NCBI RefSeq assembly: GCF_009914755.1
Contig: NC_060926.1
Direction: 5' to 3' (one strand)
DNA: 64,000 nt
Source of the DNA: the human T2T-CHM13v2.0 reference genome, Homo sapiens
The position numbers and the translations under genes are program-made. Below, piece after piece: positions 33,005-48,835 of this stretch. Each line of letters opens with the position of its first letter. Positions within the stretch are counted from its first letter, which is position 1. Below the pieces are notes generated by a model, which had not been told where the DNA came from, made no database searches, and was given only the letters and a program-made list of their open reading frames with translations.

Positions 33005-33910
33005 TATATTTTAACAGTTTTATTTGGGTACCATTTACATATTATAAAATGTATCCATTTTCTGTATACAGTTCAATGAATTTTAATAAATGTGTACACT
33101 TGTGCATCTACCACCACAGTTCAGTTTTACAACACTTCTGTCACCACAGAAAGTTTCTCTGTGCCCATCTGCCATCAGTCCCAACTACAATACCCATACC
33201 TACATAACTATTGATCTGCTTTTCTGGGCAATAGTTTTGCTTTCTGTAGAAATTTCATATAAATGGAATCTTAACACATGTAGTTCTTGTGCTTGGCTCC
33301 TTTCACTTTGCATAATGTTTTTGAGATTCATCCATGTTGCTGCATGTATTAATAATTTATTCCTTTTTATTGCTCAGTAGAATTCAGCAAAATGGATATA
33401 TCACATTTTGTTTATCCATTCATGAATTAAGGGACATTTAGATTTTTTTAACACTTCTTATTTGGCTATTTTGAATAATATAGCTATGAATCTTTACATA
33501 CAAGAATTTGTGGACTTATATTTTCATTTCTTTTGGGTGGATTCTAGGAAACTATATTTTTGACTTTTAAGAAACTGCCAAATTGCCTTCCAGTTCACAT
33601 TTTACATTCCCTCCAGCACTGAAGAAAGTTCAAGTTCCTCCACATCCTTCACAACACTTGATATTACGTCTTTTTGATTATTGCCTTTCTACTTGGTATG
33701 TAGTGCTATCTCACTGCATTTAAATTTGCATTTCCCAGTGATTAATGAGCATCTTTATTTGCCATTTTCATACCTTCTTCGATGATGTGTCTACTTAAAT
33801 CTTTGCCCATTTTTGAACTGGGCCATTTGTTTTCTTATTTTTGTAAGAGTTCTCTATACATTCTGGATTTAAGTTTTTTATTGTATGTTATTTGCAAATA
33901 TTTTCCCTGC
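33005..33910 (-). mobile_element. Old L1M 3' fragment
   Basis: 'ttgagattcatccatgttgctgcatg...ttcctttttattgct...tttacattccctccagca' reverse L1 3' end. Confidence 0.85.
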
Positions 33911-34742
33911 AACCCCTAATCCTTGCCAGTCTTTTTGCCTGCTGAAAGGAATAGTAGGGAACACTGATAACAATGTTTATTGAGGCAGTGTGATACAAGA
34001 TGTCTTAATGCAGTCTTTTTTTATCCAAAACAGACCTTTGAGGGAGCTACTCTTATCATTCCTGTATCACAAATGACAAAAGTACATTTTTAAGGAATTA
34101 AGTTGCTTGCTCAGGATCACATGGCAGGAGAAGTGAAGAGAATAGCACAGGTTTTTTCCCTAACCCACTCTTGTATCAATCGCTGGCCAGTCAAGATAGA
34201 TTTCTTGCCAAGACTCTTGACTCCCCTAGAGGCCCAAATTTACCCAAGGAAAAAAATGCATATATAGCTATAGCCCTTTGATTTCTTTTGCACCCACTGG
34301 AAATAATAAAAGTTACTCAAGCAGTAAGCAACAAGCAGTCCCCCACGTCACTCTAATTCCTGCCAACTGTCCATTGTATGGATGCCAGAAGCCACTGAGC
34401 CATGGAAATTACAGTAATAGAAGAGTGGGAGGAAATCAAATTAGTCTTATGCTCCATGACAGCTAATACCAAAAACTTTACATTATAAAAAAATGTTAAA
34501 AGTCTACCCATAGAGCATTCAAACAGAGTTTAAGACAAAAAGGAGCAGAAGTGTAGAGGTAATTTCCCCCAGTTCACAGGACACTATTAGCACCTTGAGG
34601 GCTCCAATGAAGTATATAGAGAAAATGGTGGCCATGTGTTTTTAGGAGAGAATGTCCCACAAAAGTACTACCCATCGGGGAGCCCAAACAGAAGGAAAAA
34701 ATGGCAGCCACTACATGGTAGCCAAACAGGCTTATTGATTAG

Positions 34743-34777
34743 TCTCTCTCTCTTTCTCTCTGTCTCTCTATCTCACA

Positions 34778-34821
<44 letters not shown>
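34743..34821. repeat. Compound (CT)n(CA)n microsatellite
   Basis: Imperfect CT run followed by more than 20 CA units with one interruption. Confidence 0.97.
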
Positions 34822-34825
<4 letters not shown>

Positions 34826-35307
34826 TCTGTAATTTTGCATGACATAGTGTATATTCAGTATTGCACAGAATGATTCAATGAAACTTACAAGACCAGAAAT
34901 AAAAATATTAGTCTGGTCCTGCCTACACACTATCCCTTTTACCTTTTACTCCAAGTTATTTAACACTCTCTGGGTCTCACCTTTCTATTCTCTTAAAAGA
35001 AGCAATTGGACCAGATAATATCTTAAAACTTTCACAGCTCTAACCATCTCTAATGTTCAAAGAGCTACCCAGTTCACACTTTGCCAAAGAAATTGTAAAT
35101 TGTGGTATTTCCTGTAAAAGAACTCTCCGATTCTAATCTTTAAAAAAAAAATTCTGAAGCCTATTTCATTCTCTGAAAACTCTAAATTAATGTTTAGGAT
35201 ATGTCTATCATTTTTAAAAAGAAAATGCCCTTCAGGCAAAAGAAAACTCCACGTCCTCATCTGTGGGCTGGCCTTCTTAAAGGCACAATGCATTCCTAAC
35301 TTCTAAC

Positions 35308-35483
35308 CTTGGAAGGGCACTTTTTTTTTTTCCTATCGTAAGAGCTCTCTGAAGTCTTGTTTGCAGAACTGTCTGCAAGGCTGCTTGTCACCTTCGAATA
35401 TACTCCATCAACATGCTGCCACTTCATCTTGTTTAGGCTCTTCGACTGCTTTATAGAAGGACACTGAAGTCCACATCTATCTC
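35308..35483 (-). other. Candidate exon, 176 nt, one open frame
   Basis: Acceptor tttgtttctttgcctgtctcaag|GAG, donor CAAG|gttaga; open frame GDRCGLQCPS...KKKKCPSK with no recognised homology. Confidence 0.35.
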
Positions 35484-35996
35484 CTTGAGACAGGCAAAGA
35501 AACAAATCCTTTATCCTGTCTCAAAAAGAGCTGACAAGCTTTTAGTAGTGTTTATCTTCACTGAAGGGTGATAACCTTGAAAATGAAAGTGAAAAGAGAC
35601 TGATACAATTAGGTATGTAGTCTTCTCCATACTGTATTACAATTGGTTTTCTTTTATAGTTTAACATAGTATAACATTCTTTTATAGTTTTATATAAGTC
35701 GAAGTTTTCTGTTGTCCACACTGGTTTTTCTAAAACTAAATTTAAAGTTACAGTTTATTTACAAAATATCAGTGCATCATGTTGTGACTATTTTGCAAAA
35801 ATGTAATTTTCCTCTTAAGCCAGAAGGGGTTAAAAATATTTCTTTGAAATGTTTTATCCTACCATTCTTCCCATATCATCTATGCCATTTTTTTCTCTCC
35901 CTTGACATTTGACTCCATGTTATGTCATATTCAGAGAGATTTTTCTAAAATAAATTTCCCAGATTACAGGCAAATCTTAGAATTCTAATTATTTAC

Positions 35997-36207
35997 ATCT
36001 TATAGAGTCAAGGACAGTAAAGGGTAGATTTGACATTTCATTAATAACTTGTGTATTCAAATTTCCATTTGTGTTAAATTGTGCCCACTCCCGAGGTTCC
36101 AACAAATATAGATATGCCTGGCAAGCTAGTAGCTTGGTTATCCACAGGTCATTTTGTGTGAACAACCATGAGTCCCTTAGAAAAGAATTCATCCTGCTGT
36201 GAGTTGG
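35997..36207 (-). other. Candidate exon, about 211 nt
   Basis: About 45-nt polypyrimidine tract ending ttgctttcag|CCA; weaker donor AGAT|gtaaat. Confidence 0.35.
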
Positions 36208-37901
36208 CTGAAAGCAAAAAATACAAAAAAGAAAAGAAAAGAAGAAAGGAAAATAGCTCATCCTATCAGAACAAGAAGTCAGACACAAAGATTTGGCCAC
36301 TAGAGGAGAGTGGTGTCTCTGAGTCCAATGTCATGTCTGCTTTGTCCCCATGCCAGCTCCACAAGTTTTCATGTCTAAGTCACAGGGGGGAAAGAGTCCA
36401 CGAGCAAAAAATCTAAGTGTAACTCAAAATAGAAGAGAGACATTCTTTCCCACTACGTGGCAGAGCAAGGCGTATCTGTGGTCTCTTGTGGGTGTCTGAT
36501 TCAGCTACAAGAGATCACAGTGGTTCCTAACAAATGACTGGCAACAGGTTGCTGAAAGGGGCAGCAGTCAGCAGGTAAACTTGTACCCAGCATTCGCAAA
36601 CCCCTCCCTGGCGACTCATCGACACACAGAAGGGTCACTCTCATGAGACTGAAATCCTGCAAAGGAAGAGGAAGCATCCTCTAAGGCACCACTGCTACTC
36701 TCCTCTCTCTGCTACAGCTACCTTTCCATTCTCCCATGCCTCTCTCCATGGGTGTGCTTAGCCAACAAATCCAGGATCTGTGGCAGTACTGAATCATCAA
36801 GTCCCAGGGGATAATAGCCAGAAAGGGCCTTGGAGGCCAGATTGACACTGCCCTATCCCATCTCTCTGGAGCTAGTTGGTGCTGGCAAGGCTCTGAGTAG
36901 CAACACAGTCTGTGAGTCAGCGTCCGCCCACAGCTGAAGGTTGTTGCTTGTTCTCAGTGGGAGCTGAGTGTGGACAAAATATCCCTGTGGGCTTAATCTG
37001 GCCTGCAGGCTGTATTTAGCCACCCCTGCTCTGGTCCTAAATTACTTCGCAGTGATACAAGAATTTCTAAAAGTTACACTGTAAGGTTTTGGCTTAGAAC
37101 TTGATATTACCTCAAGTGTGTTATCCTAATAAAATACAGGCCATCTCATGCTTTTTATTCCATTTATACAGAGCCAATGATCTTATGCATGGAGGTCTTT
37201 CTTTGGCCTTGATTGTTTTTTTATCTTTCCATCTTCCCACCTCCACAAAATCTTTATTAAGTCTTGAAGATATGCCAGGGAGTAGCTCTGAACAATGTAA
37301 ATTATAACTTTCCCTAAAATGGCACAAGCTAAAACATAAAGATATTAAGACTCCATAACAAGGTTTTAAGATGCTTAGAACTGTACCACTGGGCTGGGCA
37401 TAGAGTAACACATCAGTAGGTAATTTTTTAGTTGAATTTTGATGAATGAAATGGAATGAAGTATCTGTTTGTTTGTTTGTTAAGAGCAAGGCAGTGTCAT
37501 ATACTCAGAGAAGGAACTTGGAAGAAGCTTCTTTGAAGAAGTCATAGGTTCACATTCTACTTCCCTTACAAAACGTATAACCTTGGGAAAAAACATAAAA
37601 TGGAGATAAATTATATCTCTGCAGAATGTTATAATGATAAATTAGGTAAGTATGTAAATCATCTGATATAATGTCTGCTTCAATTGGAATTGACCATCTT
37701 TTTTTAAAGTCATAAAGATTATCCTTATGGCTATATGCAACGAGGACTAAAAGGTCAGTGTCTGTCACTTCTCTAAGCAAATGTTGGGCAGATCAGATAA
37801 GGGATACATACTGTCAGGAGGTCTCTCCTGTTTAGAAAATGAATGTCAGTTATAATTTGAAAATGGAAGTTTTTGAAGGCATCTAAGCACTGGATGCTAT
37901 G

Positions 37902-37941
37902 AAGAACTCCCAGAAATATCAAGAACTCCCAGAAATATCAA
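37902..37941. repeat. Perfect 19-bp tandem duplication
   Basis: aagaactcccagaaatatc x2. Confidence 0.95.
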
Positions 37942-38109
37942 TTTTCCACTTTCCTATCACAGAAAGCTCTAGGCAGTCCCTAGTTTAAACATGGCATATA
38001 CCATTTGGCCTGGAACATCTGGGAGGTGAGACTACCCCCATGTTCCAGGGTCAGATTTGGCCCACTGGACAAGTCACCACCTCTATTCATCTGAGGCAAT
38101 TCATTGTGG

Positions 38110-38535
38110 AGACAGCACTAGACCGACTCAGGGGTCTAAAACCATGAAATCTAGAATTGGTTCCATTCCCTTCCTAGCTGTATGGCCTGGGCAAGTTACT
38201 TAAGCTCCTTGAATCTCAGATTCCTCATTTATGCAATGAGAACAATATCTGTTCTTCCTGCACGATTAAGTTACTGATGGTTATTGTCATTTGCTCTACC
38301 CTAGCTCCACCTATATTGCTCGGGCTTAATGAGTGTTTCCTCAGCCTTGTGTCAGGTCTCGACTTGTATTACCTCATGTAGTTCTCATATCAACTTAATG
38401 AGGTAACTGTGATTCCCATTTTACAGATGAGAAAACTGAAACACTGAGGGGTTAATTAACTTACATACTTGGTTAGTGGCAGAGCAGGAATCTGACTTCA
38501 AAGCCCATGTGCCTAGCCATTATGCTAAGCTGTCT
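38110..38535. mobile_element. Two MIRs (+ then -)
   Basis: 'gggcaagttacttaagctcc...ctcagattcctcattt' and 'cccattttacagatgagaaaactga'. Confidence 0.75.
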
Positions 38536-40014
38536 CTTAGAAACAGGTAGGTTTTGAGTGCCCAGCACTCATTTAACATGTATGTATTTAGTGCAAAGTT
38601 CTCGCCCTTGAGGACCTCATATCCAAAGTCATAGTGTAGAGATGTGCAGGGTCAAATTGATCTTTGTACCCACCCCGGAAGATCTGAAAGAACCCCAGGT
38701 CTTCAGCAAGTGGAGCAATTTCCTCTGTTAGGATGTAAGACCGAAAGAGACACACCCACAACCAGAGTCACCCACACTCCGATGGGGCTAGCGATAGTCA
38801 GTCTGGCCATGTGGTGCCACTTCCTCTCTGGTTTGTAAGCACTTTCTCTTCTATTTCTACTAACAAGGCATTTAAAGAAACAATTGTGTTCTTTAGTCAG
38901 AAGAAAAATTGCATTTTGTTTAGTCTGAAATAAATAAATTTAAAGCTACACTGCAGAAATAAAACCTTTAAAAATCACATAAATGATCATATATTTTTTC
39001 TGGGTTTTCTTACTAATATGCATAGCACTACAGTACTTAATTGTTTCCACAGTCAGAGCCTAGAATTTTAAAACTCCAAGATAGTTGTCTAATGCCATTT
39101 TACATAAAAAGATTAGATTGAAACTTTCGTCTCCTCATTTCCAGTCCTGCACTCTTTCCACTGAAAGACTGTCATTCTTTAACTATGCTAGTTTTAATTC
39201 CCTGCCTGAAGAATTGTGTCCTTTCTTCCCTTCTGCCAAATTCCTATTGATTGGCTGGTGATGAGTTAGTAAATGCTTGATGAGAATGCCATTTAGGCCT
39301 TCAGTGTCAAGATCAAGGAAGGCTTATAAAGAGATGCCTTTCATCTTTTCCTAAAGTCAGTGCCTTAGGTAATCACTTCATGTCCAGAGGCAAAGAGTCC
39401 CCCAGATGAGGTGCCATGACTCGGGGAACTCTGGCCTCAGCTTTGTCAGCTCATTAAGAATACTGTCTACCACAAAGTGACTTTTGAACACACTAAGTAG
39501 CAAGAATCAAATGGTTTCTGCAGCGACAGGGTCAGCTGGATCAGAGCCTCAGCCTTGAAATAAATCAGATATTGAAGAAGTAAACAACAAAAGAAGCTGA
39601 AGACAGACTGGATACAGACATGGTGCTTTTATCTGTCAGCCAGCAAGCCATCAGCTTTCTCTTTTGCAAAGAGACATGGTGTTTCTATAGTGCCATCTTA
39701 TACGTTGGGTTACATGCCCATCTTACTTGCTTGTTTGTCAGCTCTTGGAGAGCAAGGACCCTATCATGCATATTTTTATTCCTTAGTTTGCAGCACATTC
39801 TCTTTTATATAACAGGTGTTTGATGTATGAAGAAATAAAAAAGAAAGGAAGGAAAACTCTATGTCCTGTATCCTGAAGAAATTTATAATAAGGCTTATTG
39901 CTTTTCTCCCAGACTGTATAAAATTCAATGATAGAAAACATGCAGAATTATCTTGTAGAAGAAATAGAGAAAATGGAGAACAAGAGAGGCTATTAAAGAC
40001 AGGAATTAATTTAT

Positions 40015-40280
40015 GGCAGGGTAGGGAGGCTCATGCCTGTAATTCCAACATTTCGGGGAGCCAAGGTTGGTGAACTGTTTGTGCTCAGGAGTTTCAGTCC
40101 AGCCTGAGCAACACGGCAAAACCCCATCTCTACAAAAAATACAAAAATTAGCCAGGCGTGGTGGCGCATGCCTGTAATCCCAGCTACTTGGAAGACTGAG
40201 GAGAAAGGATCGCGTGGGCCCGGGAGGTTGAGGCTGCAGTGAGCTGTGATGATAAATACAGAAATAAATAAAAAGAAGAA
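40015..40280 (+). mobile_element. AluJ with truncated right arm
   Basis: Alu consensus; TSD-like aggaattaa. Confidence 0.88.
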
Positions 40281-40294
40281 AGGAATTAACTTTT

Positions 40295-40530
40295 GTTTAG
40301 GGAATACTATGCCAAACACTGTAGCAGGCAATTTGTATATACCATCTTATCTAATCTTACCATAACACCATGAGTCAGATATTCATATTTCTCATTTTTA
40401 TATCTATAGATAAAGAAACCAGGACTCAAAGATGAAGTAACTTGTTCAAAGTCTGGCAGCTACTAAGTGACAGAGCTGAAATTCAAGCCACCAACTACAA
40501 GGTTCATATTCTGTTCACTTCATCAGGCTG
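40295..40530 (-). mobile_element. MIR
   Basis: 'ataaagaaaccaggactcaaagatgaagtaacttg...agctactaagtgacagagctgaaattcaagc'. Confidence 0.75.
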
Positions 40531-41432
40531 TTTACTGTAGGCAAAAATACTATTTTACAGCCATAATTAAACAACTTTCTAGCAAACGGCATTTCTATCA
40601 TTCTAGCACCACTAGCATTATCGCCTCTTCTCCCATTGACATATTTTTTTAAGGCACTAACCTGGAATTTCTTCTTCCAGTACAGATGGACTAAGGGGGC
40701 GCAAACCCCCCTGGGTGAAACAACAAAAAGAAAAACAGATAAAATATATTAAACAACAGCTCTCAAGATACTAGCATCAGGCAACAAACCAAAGTGATCC
40801 CTGTGAGATAGTAAACAAATGAGGTGAACCCTATGACAGGTGCAACTTACTGCTTTGCAGAGTTTCCAGGCCATGACACTAAGAGGAGATATCCAAGCAG
40901 AGCCCAGTGAATGACCCAGATTGAGGAGACAGAGCTGAAAGTCCAAGAAGACCCAAGGCAGCTGGAATTTGCAAGACCGAGTACCAGAGAAAAGAGGGCT
41001 GAGCAGAGATAGAATTCCAGAGATTTGTAAAGGGTCTCCCTTAAGTATTTAGCAGAGTATTAATCATTGTAGGCATTTGAGGCAGTTACCTGTGGCCAGG
41101 AAAAAAACCACCCAAGAGGATTAAAGGAAACAGTGTTTTAGCACTCACACAAGGCCAGAAATAGCCTATTTTCCCATCCAGATTGACTTAACTTCGTAAT
41201 TTGTGGGGCTTTGGGTAAAAAAGTCTACTCATTAGTTAGTCTTACCTCAGTAGTAGGGAATAAGTAGATGTAGACTAAACACTATACTGGTACCACCAAA
41301 AAAGCTTTAAAAACAGACTTAAAAGAAGTAAATGCTTTTCAAGTAATTTAACTGCATCCTAGAACAAAAGACATGCAATTGGAGTCCCTGAAAGGAGGAT
41401 GTGAGAAAAAATATTACAGGAAATAATGACTA

Positions 41433-41681
<249 letters not shown>

Positions 41682-41908
41682 CTACACTAAGGCACACAAT
41701 AATCAAACTGCTCAAAATCAGTGATAAAGTGAAAATCTTAAATGCAACCAGAAGGAAAAAGACATTATATACAGAGAAACAACGATAAGGATGACATTAG
41801 ATTTAACTTCAGTAATAATGCAATCCAGAAAACAGTGGAACAACATTTTTAAAGTGCTGAAAGAAAAAAGCTAGAATTCTACTCTCAGTAAAAATGTCTT
41901 TATAAGAA

Positions 41909-42054
41909 TTTTTTTCCTTTTTTTCTTTTTTCCTTGAGATGAAGTCTCACTCTGTTGCCCAGGCTGTTCTTGAACTCCTGAGCTCAAACAACTCTCTGCC
42001 TTGGACTCCTAAAGTGCTGGGTGGGATTACAGGCGTGAACCACCGTGCCTGGCC
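41909..42054 (-). mobile_element. Alu monomer (FLAM)
   Basis: Reverse left-arm monomer with T tail. Confidence 0.85.
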
Positions 42055-42211
42055 AGGACATTTTTGGACATACGAAGCTGAAAGAGTTCATCACCAGCAA
42101 ATCCATACTACAAAAAATGTTAAAGAAATTCTTCAGGCAGAAGAAAAATACCCTATATGAAAATTTTAATCTGCACAAATAAATGAAGAGAACCAAAAAT
42201 GGTAATACATG

Positions 42212-42692
42212 GCATGATTGTTAATTTTATGTGCCAACTTAGTGGCCATGAGGTGCCCAGATTAAACATTATTCCTGGATGTGTTTGTGAGGGTGTTTCT
42301 GAATGAGATTACATTTGAATCAGCGGACTCAGTAAAGTAGATTGCCCTCCCAGTGTGGATGGGCCTCATCCAATCTGTTAGGAGCCTAAATGGAATAAAG
42401 TGTGGCAGAAAGGAAAATTCACCCCTTTTGCTTCCTGCCTGTCTGGTTGAACTGAGACATCTCATCCCATCTTCCCTAGCACTCAGATTGGGATTTACAA
42501 CACCAGGTCCCTTGGTTCTCAGGCCTTTGGACTTGGACTGAATTACACCACTGCTTTCCGCGGTCTCCCAACTCGTGGATGGCAGACTGTGGGACTTCTT
42601 AGCCTCCATAATCATCGGAGCCAATTTCTCATAATAAACATATTTACTATACCCTACTGGCTCTGTTTCTTTGGAGAACTCTGACCAATACA
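42212..42692 (+). mobile_element. MLT2 (ERVL) solo LTR
   Basis: 'tgattgttaattttatgtgccaactt...ctgtttctttggagaactctgaccaataca'. Confidence 0.88.
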
Positions 42693-42941
42693 CATGAGTA
42701 AATACATAAAGTATTTTTTCTTATTTACATCTATTAAAAGATAGTTGACTGTTTACCCAACAGTAGTAACAATGTGTTTGGGGGTTTATAATATATGTAA
42801 AGGTGAAATGCATAATACTAACAGCATAAATGCAGGCAAGGGAGAAAAGGAAGTCTACTGTTATAAATTTATTGTACTATACATGAAGTCCTATAATATC
42901 ACTTGAAGTTAAACTGTAATAAGCTAAAGAAGTATAAGCCT

Positions 42942-43261
<320 letters not shown>

Positions 43262-43344
43262 CTACAAAGCTATAAAAAACAATAAAATAACAAAACAAGT
43301 TATAGGGAATTCATCAGCCAAAAAAAAAAGATAAAATGGTATCA

Positions 43345-43850
43345 TACTTGCACACCAATGTTTATAATAGTTCTATTCACAATACCCAAAAGGTGGAAAC
43401 AACCCAAATGTCCATCAACAGAAGAATGGATAAACCAAATATGGTATATATATATACAATGGAATATTATTCAGCCTTAAAAAGGACTGGAATTCTGATA
43501 CATGCTATAACATGAATGAACTTTGTCAACACTATCCTAAGTAAAATAAGCCAGACAGAAGAGGACAAATATTTTATGATTCCACTTTTACGAGATACAT
43601 AAAATAGACAAAATTATAGAGATGGAAAGTAGAATACAAGTGTACCAGGGCTTGGGAGGAGAAGGGCATGGGGATTTATTATTTAATGGATACAGAGTTT
43701 TTATTAGGGATGATGAAAAAGTTCTGGAAATTGATAGTAATAATAGTTACAAACATTGTCAATACACTTAATGCCACTAATTGCATATTTAAGAGTGGCT
43801 AAGATGGTAAAGTTTATGTTATGTATATTTTACTACAATAAAAAAATTTT
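43345..43850 (+). mobile_element. L1MB-type 3' end
   Basis: 'aaaggtggaaacaacccaaatgtccatcaacag...gatgatgaaaaagttctgga...atattttactacaataaaaa'. Confidence 0.88.
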
Positions 43851-44116
43851 AAAGCTATCACAAAAGATTCAATTAAAAGGCATTCATTTACGTCCTATGG
43901 ATTTTGCCTTACTTACGGTTTCAACTCTCCTTCATTATGCTTTTAAACTGTTTATCTTTCAATTTATAGAAATGATTTTTTCCTTCTAACATCACATTCT
44001 GTGATGATGCTTATTTATCTATATTACAGCAAGGGTCACTGTGCTCCTTCCATCATTCAACTTCCATGCAAACTCAGCCAAGGCCAGGAGTGGTACTCCT
44101 AGATTACAAAACTTAG

Positions 44117-44563
<447 letters not shown>

Positions 44564-45104
44564 TAAGGTGTTTCTGATTACATCTCCTTATCCACAACAT
44601 TGCCACCTGCCCTCTACATCTGTACCCAAGTGTGGCTAACCTTAGTGTTTCCAGTGAACCTGTTACCCACATTGCTCAGGGAGCTATCTTCAGTGATTCA
44701 GAGGTCAGTTACTTTCTTAAGAGAGACCAAAGTAATTTTCTGCCACTCTCTTGCTAGAGAAAAGAGAGGAAAACACTCACAGTCACTCATGCTCTAGGTC
44801 TACTTTGGAGAAGGGTAGCCTTCTATATTTGAAAATTATTTTCGGTCTTCCTTGATCATGAAAAGAAGAGGTATACAAACCCTTATTTTTCTACAACTGG
44901 CTATAATGCCTTAAGACTAAAAAATTTCTTTTAATTTTAAAAATAAAAACTGTCAGTGTTTCAAAAGCAGAAAGTACATCTGTAAAAATAAAAGAAAAAA
45001 AGACTGTTAGTGTTTCTGTTGGGGTGGTTGATTAGATCCATGGTTCATACCCATGCTGATCTCCATATCAAATGGTGGCTCCTCCACACCCCACTCTTCC
45101 CTTC

Positions 45105-45985
45105 CCATCACACTTTCTCATTTTTTGTAATGTAGACAGGCTGAGAATTTTCCAAATCCTTAAGCTCTGCCTCCTTTTTGCTTAACAATTTTATCTTCTC
45201 TTTATTTCTCTCTTCTTGCTAGCTGCTCCTTCAACATTCACTTGCAAGTTCTACCTTCCACAAAACGCTAGAACATGAACACAATTCAGCCAAGTTATTT
45301 GCCAATTTATAACACGGATAGTCTTTTCTCCATTGTACAATAACATGTTTTCCCATTCTGAGACCGTATAAGAATTGCCCTTAATGTCCATATTTCCACC
45401 AACACTCTGTACATGATTGATTGTTGTCTAATAAGATGAAAACTTTCTCTACAGCACTCCTCTTTTTTTGAGCTCTCACCAGATCACCTTTAAAATCTCT
45501 TCATAGCAATATTGGCTTTATCCAGCATGCACCTCAAAACTTTTCCAGCCTCCACCCATTACCCAACTTCAAAGCCACTTCCCCATTTCTAGGTAATTGT
45601 TACATCAGCACCTTACTCCCACTACCAATTTCTGTCTTAGTTCAGGCTGCTAAAACAGCATTGATGGGGTGGTTTGAACAACAAACATTTACTTCTAGCA
45701 GTTCTGCAAGCTTGGAAGTTAAAGATCAAGGCACCAGCAGATTCAGTGTTTGCTGAGAGCTCTCTTTCTGGTTTGCCGAAGACGGTATTCTTGTTGTATC
45801 TTTACCTGGCCAAGAAAGAAATCATCTCCCTCATGTTTCTTCTTATAAGGGCACTAATCCCATTCATGAGGGCTCTACTCTTAGGACCTAATTCCCTCCC
45901 AAAGGCTCCACCTCCCAATACCATCACATTAGGGGTTAGGATTCCGATGTATGGATTTGGGGGGGACTCAAACAGTCCATTATGC
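45105..45985 (-). mobile_element. MLT1A-type LTR (45633-45985) with adjoining MaLR internal fragment
   Basis: LTR end tgtcttagttcaggctgct; internal 'ttccagcctccacccattacccaacttcaaagccacttcc'. Confidence 0.8.
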
Positions 45986-46182
45986 TTAGGCTTTTCATCT
46001 GAAATAGTGCATTGGTTACCAAAACCAAATCAAAATGATTAATAATAAGAACAATAATAAAAGTAGCAGCTAGAGTAATAGCCAACCAAAAACTGAATGT
46101 TTACTTTGTACTTTACAAAACACTTTACATATATTATTCCATTTATTCCTCATCATAATTCTACAAGTAAGAAACTATTATT

Positions 46183-46752
<570 letters not shown>

Positions 46753-47544
46753 AACTATTATTATGCCTATTTTCCATGGAAAGCTATTTAACTAGAAAAA
46801 CTCAACTCAGCAGCTAATTAATAGATGCCATACCAGAAACAATAAAGTAGCAGGTGATTACCCTCCTGCTGTTACTACAGCAGATAGGCCAAATCAATTT
46901 ATTTCAACAAATGTTTATAAAGTTCCTAGCACGTACCAGTACTACACTATGCACTGGGGATACAAAGAAAGGGTTAGTCATGGGCCCTGCCAAGGAGCTC
47001 ATAATCTGGTGATGAGTATTTTAAAGGCAAAAAACAAGAGGCAGTAAGATTCGTTAAGTGTACTACAGGAGTATGGGATATACAGAGAAGGAAGTGAATC
47101 ATATCATGTAAACTTTTTTATCTCAAAAAACAACACTAAGTTACACATTAACTGGAAGAACAGCAGCAGCAATAAGAGTGTAAGCAAAAAATGAGTGTGA
47201 GGGAAAGTACATAAAACAGTGTCTTGGTGTTTTTATATCTTTTCATATTTTTATATAGGTTTCTGGATTTGATTTGAAGCATACAAATGGTGATAACAAG
47301 CAAGTAGAGAGATACACTATTTCATTTTTCCCAATACTTTTTAAAAAAACGTTTGTTAGCTTTCTTTACCAACCTTTTATCTCAATACCTAGGAAAGTCT
47401 ATTGAATCAATGCAATCAAATTTAGAAATAGTTCTTGGCAATGACCCAAATTGGCAAGCAGATTAACTAATTGGATTTTTAGTCTCTATCAATAATGACA
47501 CTAGTTCATTAAAATTGCTATACATTTTAGTGTAGAAAAATTTA

Positions 47545-47861
<317 letters not shown>

Positions 47862-47871
47862 GAAAAATTTA

Positions 47872-48219
<348 letters not shown>

Positions 48220-48375
48220 TTAAGAGTGAACAGTCCATAAATTCAATAACAGAAAAAGCTATGCTTCTTAGTTCACTGAATAAATCGTTGTGATTCAAAT
48301 TACAAGTTTTGTTTGTTTTTTGAACGCTGCAGAAGGCAATTCTGAACTGGCCAGAATATCATCAAATTTGGTTAA

Positions 48376-48701
<326 letters not shown>

Positions 48702-48835
48702 GTTGGTTAAGTAAAACTATAATTGACCATAATTGACTTTTTGTTGTTTTTGAGACCAAGTCTCACTCTGTTGCCCAGGCTGGAGTACTGTTGCGGCATT
48801 TTGGCTCACTACAGCACTATAATAAAAAATTAAAC

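Noticed and set aside
38732-38834. Possible plus-strand exon (ctctgttag|G ... TTT|gtaagc); similar weak candidates near 39480-39620
   Set aside because: Splice signals are only moderate and such pairs occur often by chance; no supporting ORF
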